Source: an uncultured Rickettsiales bacterium (GTDB lineage Bacteria; Pseudomonadota; Alphaproteobacteria; Rickettsiales; RI-342). Taken from it: a DNA stretch of 64,000 nucleotides. Where the stretch lies: contig CAYSXY010000002.1 of assembly GCA_964435165.1 (NCBI GenBank), positions 8,126 through 72,125 of the forward strand. The letters run 5' to 3'. Both the position numbers and the translations under genes were made by a program. The notes beneath the pieces are model-generated. The model was not told where the DNA came from. It ran no database searches and saw only the letters and a program-made list of their open reading frames with translations. Positions 1 to 8,145 of the stretch are shown piece after piece (position 1 is the first letter of the stretch; every line of letters starts with the position of its first letter).

Positions 1-203
1 GGGCTCTGCTCTTCCTCATGACATTGCGCATAGAGCATGTCTGTGTTGTCTTCCAGTAACAACGCGTTTTCTGGCAATGAAACGAGCGAAGCCCCTTCCT
101 GCACAGCGTGTCGAATATAACGATCGGCTGTTTGCAGGTTCGTCTCAACATGGCGTCCCGAGCATAATTGAACGCAGGAAACGGTGATCTGATCTGGTAT
201 CAT
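1..203 (-). CDS. carbon-nitrogen hydrolase (nitrilase superfamily) protein, N-terminal fragment; the gene continues beyond the window start
   Basis: Not in the ORF track because it runs off the window. The reverse complement from the ATG ending at 203 reads MIPDQITVSCVQLCSGRHVETNLQTADRYIRHAVQEGASLVSLPENALLLED..., the typical CN-hydrolase opening with the LPE catalytic-Glu motif. Confidence 0.55.
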   Translation of the reverse strand, partial: MIPDQITVSCVQLCSGRHVETNLQTADRYIRHAVQEGASLVSLPENALLLEDNTDMLYAQCHEEEQS

Positions 204-512
204 CTGATAGGTCCGAGTAAAAAAATGCGACAACAGCGAATGATGTATTGATGCTACAGTATTTCGCGTTGACTGACTATTCTGACATATATCCTACGCA
301 TAGGCGGTCTACCAGCCACTACATCTGGTAGGGTGAAAGAAGAGGCACAACAAAAATGGGCAGCTTGCGTCTTAAGATACAGCCCTAAATATAGTAGCCG
401 GCCTGTGGATAAAATGGTGTATAACAACAGCAAGAGCGGTCTATCTCGCTAAATTGTCAATGTTTTCAATGAGTTTTTTGGAATGATTCTAATATAGAGT
501 AATTATTAAAAA

Positions 513-528
513 ACACTATATATAGTGT
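513..528. promoter_or_regulatory. NrdR box 1 (perfect palindrome acactatatatagtgt)
   Basis: A 16 bp perfect palindrome matching the known NrdR operator pattern acaCwAtATaTwGtgt, about 140 bp upstream of nrdA. Confidence 0.75.
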
Positions 529-542
529 CTATGTCCGGCTTG

Positions 543-558
543 AGATACTATATGTGTA
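543..558. promoter_or_regulatory. NrdR box 2 (degenerate: atactatatgtgt)
   Basis: An imperfect copy of the box centred about 31 bp (three helical turns) downstream of box 1. This is the usual tandem NrdR arrangement. The right half is shortened. Confidence 0.4.
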
Positions 559-668
559 AAAAAAGCTGGACGCTGTCGCACAAGATATGGTATATAGATA
601 ATACTGATTCGCTAAAAATGTATAAATCTTGTAGCGTATGATGTGCATGTTCAATTCGGGAGAATGTA

Positions 669-2576
669 ATGCTGAAAGAAGAGACCAGGGAGCGCGTGAA
701 GCACGTAACGGTAGATCGTTCGCGTGATGCTAATTTGTCTGATTTTGGGCGCGCCGTATTAGAGGATCGTTACCTGCTCGAAGGAGAGGGGTTTCAGGAT
801 ATGTTTGCCCGCGTCGCATCCTATTATGGTGATGATTCAGAGCATGCGCAGCGTCTCTATACCTATATGAGTCAACAATGGTTCACCCCTGCAACGCCTA
901 TTTTGAGCAATGGCGGTACATCACGTGGCCTGCCCATTTCCTGCTTCCTCAACGAAGCAGAGGACAGTCTTGAGGGGATCGTTGATTTATGGAATGAAAA
1001 TGTCTGGCTGGCTGCCCGGGGTGGCGGCATTGGAAGTTACTGGGGTAATCTGCGTTCGATCGGCGAGCGTGTGCGCGGCAATGGAAAAACATCCGGTGTG
1101 ATTCCGTTTATCCGTGTCCAGGATTCATTGACCCTGGCAATTTCACAAGGATCGTTACGGCGCGGCAGTTCTGCCGTTTACATGCCGATTGATCATCCGG
1201 AGATTGAGGAGTTTGTTGATATTCGCCGTCCGACCGGTGGCGATCACAACCGTAAGGCACCCAATATTCACCATGGCGTGACGATCACGGACGCGTTCAT
1301 GGAGGCCGTTGAGAAGAACGAAGAATGGACATTGCGCAGCCCGAAAAATGGTGAGCCGATGGGGACGGTACAGGCGCGGGCATTGTGGATTAAGCTGCTC
1401 TCGGCGCGCATCGAGACCGGTGAGCCATATATGATTTTTATTGATAATGTGAACCGTTCAATTCCAGAACATCACCAGCAATTAGGGCTTGATGTCAAAA
1501 TGTCCAACCTCTGCAGTGAAATTACGCTGCCGACAGGGGAGGATCATTTGGGCAAAGAGCGCACCGCCGTGTGTTGTTTGTCTTCTCTGAATCTGGAAAC
1601 CTTTTTCGAGTGGCGCAATGATCCGCAATTCATTCCGGATGTAATGCGTTTTCTTGATAATGTATTGCAGGATTTTATCGAACATGCACCACCCAGCATG
1701 GCGCGCGCCGCTTACTCCGCCTCGCGCGAGCGTAGTGTTGGGCTGGGCGTAATGGGCTTTCACTCCTTCCTGCAGGCAAACAATATTCCATTTGAGTCGG
1801 TCATGGCCAAAGTGTGGAACACCAAAATGTTCGAACATATTCGCAAACATGCGGATCATGCCTCGCGTGAATTGGCAGAAGAGCGCGGCCCCTGCCCGGA
1901 CGCTGAAGAATGCGGCCTGATGGAACGATTCTCCAACAAAATGGCGATTGCGCCGACGGCGTCCATTTCCATTATTACTAATAATTCTTCGCCTGGGATT
2001 GAGCCTTACGCGGCCAATAGCTTTACGCAAAAAACGCTGACAGGCTCATTTACCATACGCAATAAGCATTTGAAAAAGCTGCTGGCCGAAAAAGGAATGG
2101 ACACCGATGATGTCTGGTCGTCCATTGCGACGAATGAAGGGTCGGTGCAGCATCTCGACTTTTTGAACGATGATGAAAAAGCGGTGTTTAAAACAGCGCA
2201 GGAGATTGATCAGCGCTGGGTTGTGGAGCATGCGGCTGACCGCACGCCATATATCTGCCAGGCGCAATCAGTCAATTTGTTCCTGCCGGGCAATGTCCAT
2301 AAACGTGATTTGCACCGAATTCACTTCGATGCCTGGAAGAAAGGGGTGAAAAGCCTGTATTACTGCCGCTCTACCTCTATTCAGCGTTCCGACAAAGTGT
2401 CGCATAAGCTCGATCCGATTCAGATGGAAATGTCGCTGATGCGCCAAAAGCGGTCGCTACCGCCAGAACTTCAAACGCCCGCCCTGAACGGAGCCGTCGT
2501 GGCAAACGGCGCCGCTCCAACAGGTCAGCCTGCCAGCTCGTCAACCAACTATGAGGAGTGCCTGGCCTGCCAGTAA
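669..2576 (+). CDS. nrdA: ribonucleoside-diphosphate reductase, class I alpha subunit
   Basis: 635 aa. Carries RNR large-subunit motifs (LSNGGT, SNLCSEI, GLGVMGF, PTASIS) and the C-terminal redox tail YEECLACQ. NrdR boxes lie upstream and nrdB lies downstream. Confidence 0.95.
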   Translation: MLKEETRERVKHVTVDRSRDANLSDFGRAVLEDRYLLEGEGFQDMFARVASYYGDDSEHAQRLYTYMSQQWFTPATPILSNGGTSRGLPISCFLNEAEDSLEGIVDLWNENVWLAARGGGIGSYWGNLRSIGERVRGNGKTSGVIPFIRVQDSLTLAISQGSLRRGSSAVYMPIDHPEIEEFVDIRRPTGGDHNRKAPNIHHGVTITDAFMEAVEKNEEWTLRSPKNGEPMGTVQARALWIKLLSARIETGEPYMIFIDNVNRSIPEHHQQLGLDVKMSNLCSEITLPTGEDHLGKERTAVCCLSSLNLETFFEWRNDPQFIPDVMRFLDNVLQDFIEHAPPSMARAAYSASRERSVGLGVMGFHSFLQANNIPFESVMAKVWNTKMFEHIRKHADHASRELAEERGPCPDAEECGLMERFSNKMAIAPTASISIITNNSSPGIEPYAANSFTQKTLTGSFTIRNKHLKKLLAEKGMDTDDVWSSIATNEGSVQHLDFLNDDEKAVFKTAQEIDQRWVVEHAADRTPYICQAQSVNLFLPGNVHKRDLHRIHFDAWKKGVKSLYYCRSTSIQRSDKVSHKLDPIQMEMSLMRQKRSLPPELQTPALNGAVVANGAAPTGQPASSSTNYEECLACQ

Positions 2577-2706
2577 GCGCTAAAGCCCGTGAGTCTGCGT
2601 TTGCGGCGGCGTTGTTCTGCCCTTGAGGCAGGATGTGTTACAGCGATGTAACCGGCTTGAATGTTCGGCCCGCATCGTGCGTGAATCACCAAGGGAGGAG
2701 GTGTGT

Positions 2707-2892
2707 ATGCCAGCGCAACCACAATTCGGTCTGTCTGATTTGGTACGTAACAAGCAAAATCGGTTGCTAACCATTGATAATATCGATGCTGAAGGAAAGG
2801 TATATGTCAAAGAGGAGCAATCAGCGTATTTGCCATACGAACTGGAACCGGTAGACCCAACCAATGTGATTCGATTTAAGCCTCGTTATTAG
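2707..2892 (+). CDS. small hypothetical protein (61 aa) between nrdA and nrdB
   Basis: The internal ATG at 2707 of track ORF 2623..2892 follows a very strong SD (aagGGAGGAGGtgtgtATG, 2693-2701). A rho-independent terminator follows. No recognisable family. Confidence 0.45.
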   Translation: MPAQPQFGLSDLVRNKQNRLLTIDNIDAEGKVYVKEEQSAYLPYELEPVDPTNVIRFKPRY

Positions 2893-2919
2893 ACAGTTTC
2901 TGCCACAACACTCATATTT

Positions 2920-2948
2920 CAGGGCAATCCGCAGATTGCCCTGTTTTT
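2920..2948 (+). terminator. rho-independent terminator between nrdA/small ORF and nrdB
   Basis: A 10 bp perfect stem, cagggcaatc (2920-2929) with gattgccctg (2934-2943), a cgca loop, then ttttt. Confidence 0.7.
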
Positions 2949-3038
2949 GTCGGCAAGATTGACCTTGCCATCCACATGAACATCCGACATTGTCATGATA
3001 ATGCCGGATAAGATGCATCTTAGAAAACGGAGATGATT

Positions 3039-3998
3039 ATGCCATTGCTCGACGCCAAGCCGATTTACAAGCCATTTGAATATCCCTGGGCCTATGATGC
3101 ATGGCTGACGCAACAACGCATCCACTGGTTGCCGGAAGAAGTGCCGCTGGCCGATGATGTGAAGGACTGGAAGCATAATCTGACAGCGGGAGAAAAGCAC
3201 CTGCTGACCCAGATTTTTCGTTTCTTTACCCAGGCGGATATTGAAGTGAACAATTGCTACATGAAGCACTATTCGCAGGTCTTCCAGCCCACGGAAGTGC
3301 AGATGATGCTCTCAGCATTTTCCAACATGGAAACCATTCATATTGCCGCTTACTCCCACCTGCTTGACACAATCGGCATGCCGGAATCGGAATATACTGC
3401 CTTCATGAAATACAAGGAGATGAAGGATAAATATGATTATATGCATCAATTCAGGACCGATACGCCGACCGGTATTGCCAAAACACTGGCAGCATTCGGA
3501 GCATTTACGGAAGGCGTGCAGTTATTTGCCTCTTTCGCCATTTTAATGAACTTTCAGCGCTTTGGCAAAATGAAAGGCATGGGGCAGATTGTTGCCTGGA
3601 GTGCGCGTGATGAAACATTGCACAGCGCCTCGATTATCCGCCTGTTCCGTGCTTTTATTCAAGAGCATGAATCCGTGATGAACGAGGAATTTAAGCGCGA
3701 TATTTACGTGATTTGCTCGACCATCGTCGATCTGGAAGATTCATTCATTGATCTGGCATTTGGCTTGGGTGGTGTACAAGGGTTGGAATCGGAAGAGGTC
3801 AAGCGCTATATTCGCTTTGTCGCGGATCGTCGGCTGATGCAGCTTGGCTTCCAGCCACTGTTTCATATTGAAAAAAATCCATTGCCCTGGATGGATGAAA
3901 TCCTGAATGGTGTGGAACACACCAACTTCTTCGAAAACCGTGTGACGGAATATTCCAAGGCGGCTACTCAGGGTACATGGGAAGAAGCGTTTGATTAA
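3039..3998 (+). CDS. nrdB: ribonucleoside-diphosphate reductase, class I beta subunit
   Basis: R2 ferritin-like fold motifs (EVNNCYMKHY, SNMETIHIAAYSHL, FASF..., RDETLH). The track ORF starts at 3033, but the ATG at 3039 has proper spacing from the SD aacGGAG. Confidence 0.95.
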   Translation: MPLLDAKPIYKPFEYPWAYDAWLTQQRIHWLPEEVPLADDVKDWKHNLTAGEKHLLTQIFRFFTQADIEVNNCYMKHYSQVFQPTEVQMMLSAFSNMETIHIAAYSHLLDTIGMPESEYTAFMKYKEMKDKYDYMHQFRTDTPTGIAKTLAAFGAFTEGVQLFASFAILMNFQRFGKMKGMGQIVAWSARDETLHSASIIRLFRAFIQEHESVMNEEFKRDIYVICSTIVDLEDSFIDLAFGLGGVQGLESEEVKRYIRFVADRRLMQLGFQPLFHIEKNPLPWMDEILNGVEHTNFFENRVTEYSKAATQGTWEEAFD

Positions 3999-4025
3999 TT
4001 GTTGCTGATAGCGAGGGCGATTATA

Positions 4026-4053
4026 ATGGCTGTCCGATTCATCGGGCAGCCAT
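4026..4053 (+). terminator. hairpin downstream of nrdB (possible terminator, weak U tract)
   Basis: atggctgtccg / cgggcagccat forms a stem of about 11 bp with one G-U pair, 28 bp after the nrdB stop. It is followed only by tagcttgtt. Confidence 0.35.
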
Positions 4054-4288
4054 TAGCTTGTTAGTATGATAACCAGGTCATTCAATGATAGGTTGAATAA
4101 TTGCGATTGCAGCCAATATAGATACAAATGTGCTGGGAACAGCAGTTTTTCTGATGTCTGTCATAAAACCATCATACTTTCGCGCTACATCACAGGCGGA
4201 AAATGCCGTATCATGCACAACTTGCCTGTTAGCTTATCCTTACGATGCGTTAATTGATCGCGTTTAGGATAATAGGCTGAAGCAAGAA

Positions 4289-5638
4289 GTGCATAAAAAA
4301 GAAAATAGCACAATGCCTGAACAGACAGACAAAGAACAGATCAACATACTGGTGATAGGCGTCGGTAATGTTGGCAGTCACACGGCGAGAGAGCTGGCTG
4401 CCTGGCGCGATAGGTTGGGTGTGGAGGCAGAGATTACCCTTATTAACCGGCATCATGGAAAAGCGGCAGGGGTAGCAAATGATATTAATGTAAGTCGAAG
4501 CTTATGGGGGGCAACGGCAGTCAAAACAGTACCAATTTGGCAGCCAGGCGCAGCCGGTAGTGATCACTATGTGATGGATGAGGCGCAGCTAAAAATATTA
4601 TTGGATAATCATGATATAGTAGTGCTTGCGCATGGTTTGAATACGCGAACTGCAGGAGTCAAGGATCGTCAGGGATTAGCAGAAGCCAATTATCCGATGA
4701 TGGAAGAACTGGCGAAGCTGGCGGTGGATTCTCCGGCCACCTTTCTGGTGGCAACCAACCCTTGCGATGATATGACCCGGGCATTTTATCAGGAATGGGT
4801 AGAAGCAGTTGAGCGTGAGGGAAGCGATATAGACGATTTGTCGCATCGCGTAGTTGGGATTGGCACGAACCTTGATGCTATTCGTCTGCAATTCTTCCTT
4901 GGTCAGCTTTTTCAGTGCCATCCGGATGAGGTGCAGGTCGGGATGATCGGGCTGCATTCGCAGCATGAAATGATTGGCATACCGGATATGGTGTTCATAA
5001 AAGGAGAGCCGCTGCGCGAGGCCATCCACACACTCGATCTCGGCCCGTGGGACGTACGTGACGGTCACGTGATCAGCGATCACCCGCTCATTCAGGGTGA
5101 TGTGTACTATCAGACAGCACTGAAACATGCACACACCATTGCCACGGACTACCGACTCTCAGACGATGAAGCATTATATAATACGAAAGAAACACTGGTG
5201 AGTGCTGCTTTTGAGAAAGCAAGGCAAGAGGGCATGAAAGCGATTACTCTGATGGGGCAGGCGGCGGGGTCATCCACAGCTCATGCAATCGTCGATATGG
5301 TGGATGTGCTGGCACGCGGCCGCGAGGAAAAAATCGTCTATGGCACCACGATCGTGCCGGAATCCTGGCAAGACATGCTTGAACTCGATAATGCGCACGG
5401 GCTGATGGCTGGCTTGCCATTGGTGGTGAGCCCTAATGGCGGGTTTCGTGCGCTGTATCCTCAGGAAATGCTGGGTGAGTCAGCTAGCACGGGTATACAC
5501 CGTGTAACCCATCAGGCAATTTCACGGATTTTTGAGGAAGCTGCTAAACGCCAGGCTGACTTGCTCTCCTGCATGGATGGTGAAGATGGCCGACCGGAAA
5601 AATGTTCCGGTCATAGCCACAATGCGACAGTTGCTTAG
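4289..5638 (+). CDS. divergent lactate/malate dehydrogenase superfamily protein (449 aa, extended)
   Basis: N-terminal Rossmann motif INILVIGVGNVGS. Also has an LDH/MDH-like GLNTRTAGVKDRQGL loop, ATNPCDDMT (compare TNPVD), GIGTNLDAIR and GLHSQHE. It is about 130 aa longer than canonical enzymes. The start (GTG 4289 or ATG 4313) is uncertain. Confidence 0.55.
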   Translation: MHKKENSTMPEQTDKEQINILVIGVGNVGSHTARELAAWRDRLGVEAEITLINRHHGKAAGVANDINVSRSLWGATAVKTVPIWQPGAAGSDHYVMDEAQLKILLDNHDIVVLAHGLNTRTAGVKDRQGLAEANYPMMEELAKLAVDSPATFLVATNPCDDMTRAFYQEWVEAVEREGSDIDDLSHRVVGIGTNLDAIRLQFFLGQLFQCHPDEVQVGMIGLHSQHEMIGIPDMVFIKGEPLREAIHTLDLGPWDVRDGHVISDHPLIQGDVYYQTALKHAHTIATDYRLSDDEALYNTKETLVSAAFEKARQEGMKAITLMGQAAGSSTAHAIVDMVDVLARGREEKIVYGTTIVPESWQDMLELDNAHGLMAGLPLVVSPNGGFRALYPQEMLGESASTGIHRVTHQAISRIFEEAAKRQADLLSCMDGEDGRPEKCSGHSHNATVA

Positions 5639-5668
5639 CCGTGATTGACATCGGGCAATAAAGTAGCA

Positions 5669-7423
5669 CTAAATATTAAAATACTTCGCTTGCGGATGGT
5701 GAACAACGATTGCAGAGGTCGATTGCTCTGGGTGCAGCTGGAACTCATCAGACAACTCCACGCCAATGCGCTCGGCGCCAAGCAGGCTGAGCAGCAATTC
5801 CTGATCTTCTAATTTCGGGCAGGCAGGATAGCCAAAACTATAGCGAGAGCCGCGATAACCTTGCTTGAGCAATTCTTTCATCTCCCGTGCATCCTCATTA
5901 CCATAGCCAAGTTCTGCCCGAATGCGCTTATGGATATATTCGGCCATCGCTTCCGCCACTTCCACTCCCAGCCCATGCAAGTAGAGGTAGTCCTGATAGC
6001 GGTCACCGGCAAACCATTCACGGGCGGTGTCGGCCACCTTTTGTCCGGCGGTCACCACCTGCAGGCCAATCACATCACGTTCGCCGCTTGAGGCGTCACG
6101 GAAAAAGTCAGCAATACAAATGCCTCCCTGTTTATCCTGACGTGGTAGCTGAAAGCGGCCGAGTTCTTTATTGTTATCCTGAATATCGAAAATAATCAGA
6201 TCATTACCGTCTGCATTGCAAGGGAAATAACCATAGGCTGCTTTTGGATGTAGGATGTCATCTTTTTCGCATTCTTCCAAAAGGCGCGTTAAAATGGGAC
6301 GGACTTCCTGGTCGATCCATTTCCAGTAATCTGTCAGGCTCTTACCGGCCTTTTTGAACCCCCAATGGAAGGTAAAAAGCATTTGATCGTTGAGAAAAGG
6401 TAAGACGGCTTTGGGTGTCACTTTGTCGATAACTTTTGAGCCCCAAAATGGGGGTTCTGGCACGACAGCCTCTTTTGCCAGCTCAGCGCGTTTAAGGCGA
6501 ATTTCTTCGACTTCCACAGGCCGTAATTCCGCGGTGATCTCGCCCTCCTTATAGACACCGCCGCGTTCTTTTTTTCGGCTGTGTTTACGCTTGCTACGCT
6601 TTTCTTTGATTTCAACCAGATACTCATCAAAACTGCCTTCGGCGATACGATTCATTAGCTCAAGTCCGGCAAATGCGTCCTGCGCGTAGGCAACGCGCTT
6701 GGCTCCATAGGCTTCCACACAGTCCTCTTCTACATAGGCGCGCGTTAAGGCGGCGCCGCCAAGCAAAACGGGTATATCAAGCCCGGCCCGAGTCATTTCT
6801 TCGAGGTTTTCTCGCATGATGACGGTGGATTTTACCAGCAGACCGCTCATGCCGACAGCGTCGGGTTGATGCTCGTCCACGGCTTGCATAATGGTGGCAA
6901 TGGGCTGTTTGATACCCAGATTAAGCACTTTGTAACCATTATTGGTCAGGATAATATCGACAAGATTTTTACCGATATCATGTACATCACCTTTCACCGT
7001 AGCCAGGACGATGATCCCTTTCTCCTGACCCTCAACCTTCTCCATATGCGGTTCAAGATGAGCCACGGCTTTTTTCATGGTCTCCGCTGATTGCAACACA
7101 AAAGGCAACTGCATTTTACCAGCGCCAAATAGCTCCCCTACCACCTTCATCCCGTCCAGAAGGAAGGTGTTGATAATGGTGAGTGGATCATGTGCCTTCA
7201 AGGCTTCGTCCAGCTCGTCTTCCAATCCTTTTTTATCACCATCAATGATGCGGTCTTTAAGGCGCTCTTCCACCGTTTCTGCGCGTTTTTTTTCTTTTTT
7301 TGCTTCGCCGCTACGCCCTTCAAATAAAGCGATAAAATATTGCAGCGGATCATACGGATCATCATCCGTGCCAGAAGGCCTGGGCGGATATGAAGGAGGG
7401 GATTCGGAGGTCTTGTTGCTCAT
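5669..7423 (-). CDS. metH: methionine synthase C-terminal half (B12 cap + B12-binding + AdoMet reactivation domains) as a separate gene
   Basis: Contains the DxHxxG cobalamin motif GDVHDIGKNLV, MSGLL and LLGGAA, plus the activation-domain end GYPACP...HPQAKYFNI. It aligns to about residues 650-1227 of E. coli MetH from memory. The track ORF extends to 7519, but the likely start is the MSNKTSE ATG at 7423. Confidence 0.85.
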   Translation of the reverse strand: MSNKTSESPPSYPPRPSGTDDDPYDPLQYFIALFEGRSGEAKKEKKRAETVEERLKDRIIDGDKKGLEDELDEALKAHDPLTIINTFLLDGMKVVGELFGAGKMQLPFVLQSAETMKKAVAHLEPHMEKVEGQEKGIIVLATVKGDVHDIGKNLVDIILTNNGYKVLNLGIKQPIATIMQAVDEHQPDAVGMSGLLVKSTVIMRENLEEMTRAGLDIPVLLGGAALTRAYVEEDCVEAYGAKRVAYAQDAFAGLELMNRIAEGSFDEYLVEIKEKRSKRKHSRKKERGGVYKEGEITAELRPVEVEEIRLKRAELAKEAVVPEPPFWGSKVIDKVTPKAVLPFLNDQMLFTFHWGFKKAGKSLTDYWKWIDQEVRPILTRLLEECEKDDILHPKAAYGYFPCNADGNDLIIFDIQDNNKELGRFQLPRQDKQGGICIADFFRDASSGERDVIGLQVVTAGQKVADTAREWFAGDRYQDYLYLHGLGVEVAEAMAEYIHKRIRAELGYGNEDAREMKELLKQGYRGSRYSFGYPACPKLEDQELLLSLLGAERIGVELSDEFQLHPEQSTSAIVVHHPQAKYFNI

Positions 7424-7718
7424 GGTTCCATCATATGGTGACAAATCAAACACGGCTGACACGCCGGGAATACGGCAATCATCGGCATTTCTAGCATATC
7501 TCTGGCTTGACGCCAGCATATGTGTCCGTGCCGTGGTTATGACAATTCTATATTGACGGTATCAGACCATTAAAGACCCATATATAGATTGGCAAGCAGG
7601 AAAAAATACCATATATAGTTTTTTAAGGCGGCACTATCTTTTGGTTAACAATTTAGCATTTGTTAACTGGCTTGGCGTTATATTAGTTAACGCATCACAT
7701 TGACGATCGGGGGAAATA

Positions 7719-8012
7719 ATGACAGGAATATACGGCGCAATCTCTGCGTATAAAAGTGCTCCCTTAGCCCAGCAAGCATCAAAACAAAATAGTGCTGGGG
7801 GCCAAAATAACACAGCGAATACCGTGTCCATCACGGATCAGGATGCGAATGCAACAGCGCAAGACAAGGCACCCAATTCAGCCAGCGCAGCGACGACCTA
7901 TAATTACCGTGAAGCGGTGCAAGCGATCAACGAAGAGAACGGCACACAGCTTGATGTTGATGTGGAGCGGCGTGCACAAGGGGCGCAAACCGTACTGGAT
8001 ATTCTGGTTTGA
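7719..8012 (+). CDS. hypothetical Q/N/A-rich low-complexity protein (97 aa)
   Basis: ORF with a good SD (cggGGGaaataATG). No family recognised; the composition suggests disorder. Confidence 0.4.
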   Translation: MTGIYGAISAYKSAPLAQQASKQNSAGGQNNTANTVSITDQDANATAQDKAPNSASAATTYNYREAVQAINEENGTQLDVDVERRAQGAQTVLDILV

Positions 8013-8145
8013 CTGTCATCTAACACACGATTCCACTTTAAATCACGAAAATCTATTCTCTATTATTTAAAAAATCCTCGCATTCTCAGGGTTTTGCCGC
8101 TATTTCATGCTCTTTTTCCAATTCGGGCAATAAAGAGCAACCGTT

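Noticed and set aside
1482-2030. 182 aa minus-strand ORF.
   Set aside because: It is antisense to nrdA.
2623-2706. The longer 89 aa version of the nrdA-nrdB spacer ORF.
   Set aside because: The upstream Met has no RBS, whereas the ATG at 2707 has a near-perfect one. The extra N-terminal residues are Cys/Arg-rich and not protein-like.
7644-7691. CtrA boxes (TTAA-N7-TTAAC).
   Set aside because: The TTAAC half-sites are present, but none has a TTAA partner at N7 spacing.
7424-7718. Possible cobalamin riboswitch upstream of the metH C-terminal half.
   Set aside because: No B12-box-like element (…AGYCMGgAgaCCkGCc…) and no conserved GGGAA/GCCACTG core could be found on the minus strand. A covariance-model scan would be needed to exclude it formally.
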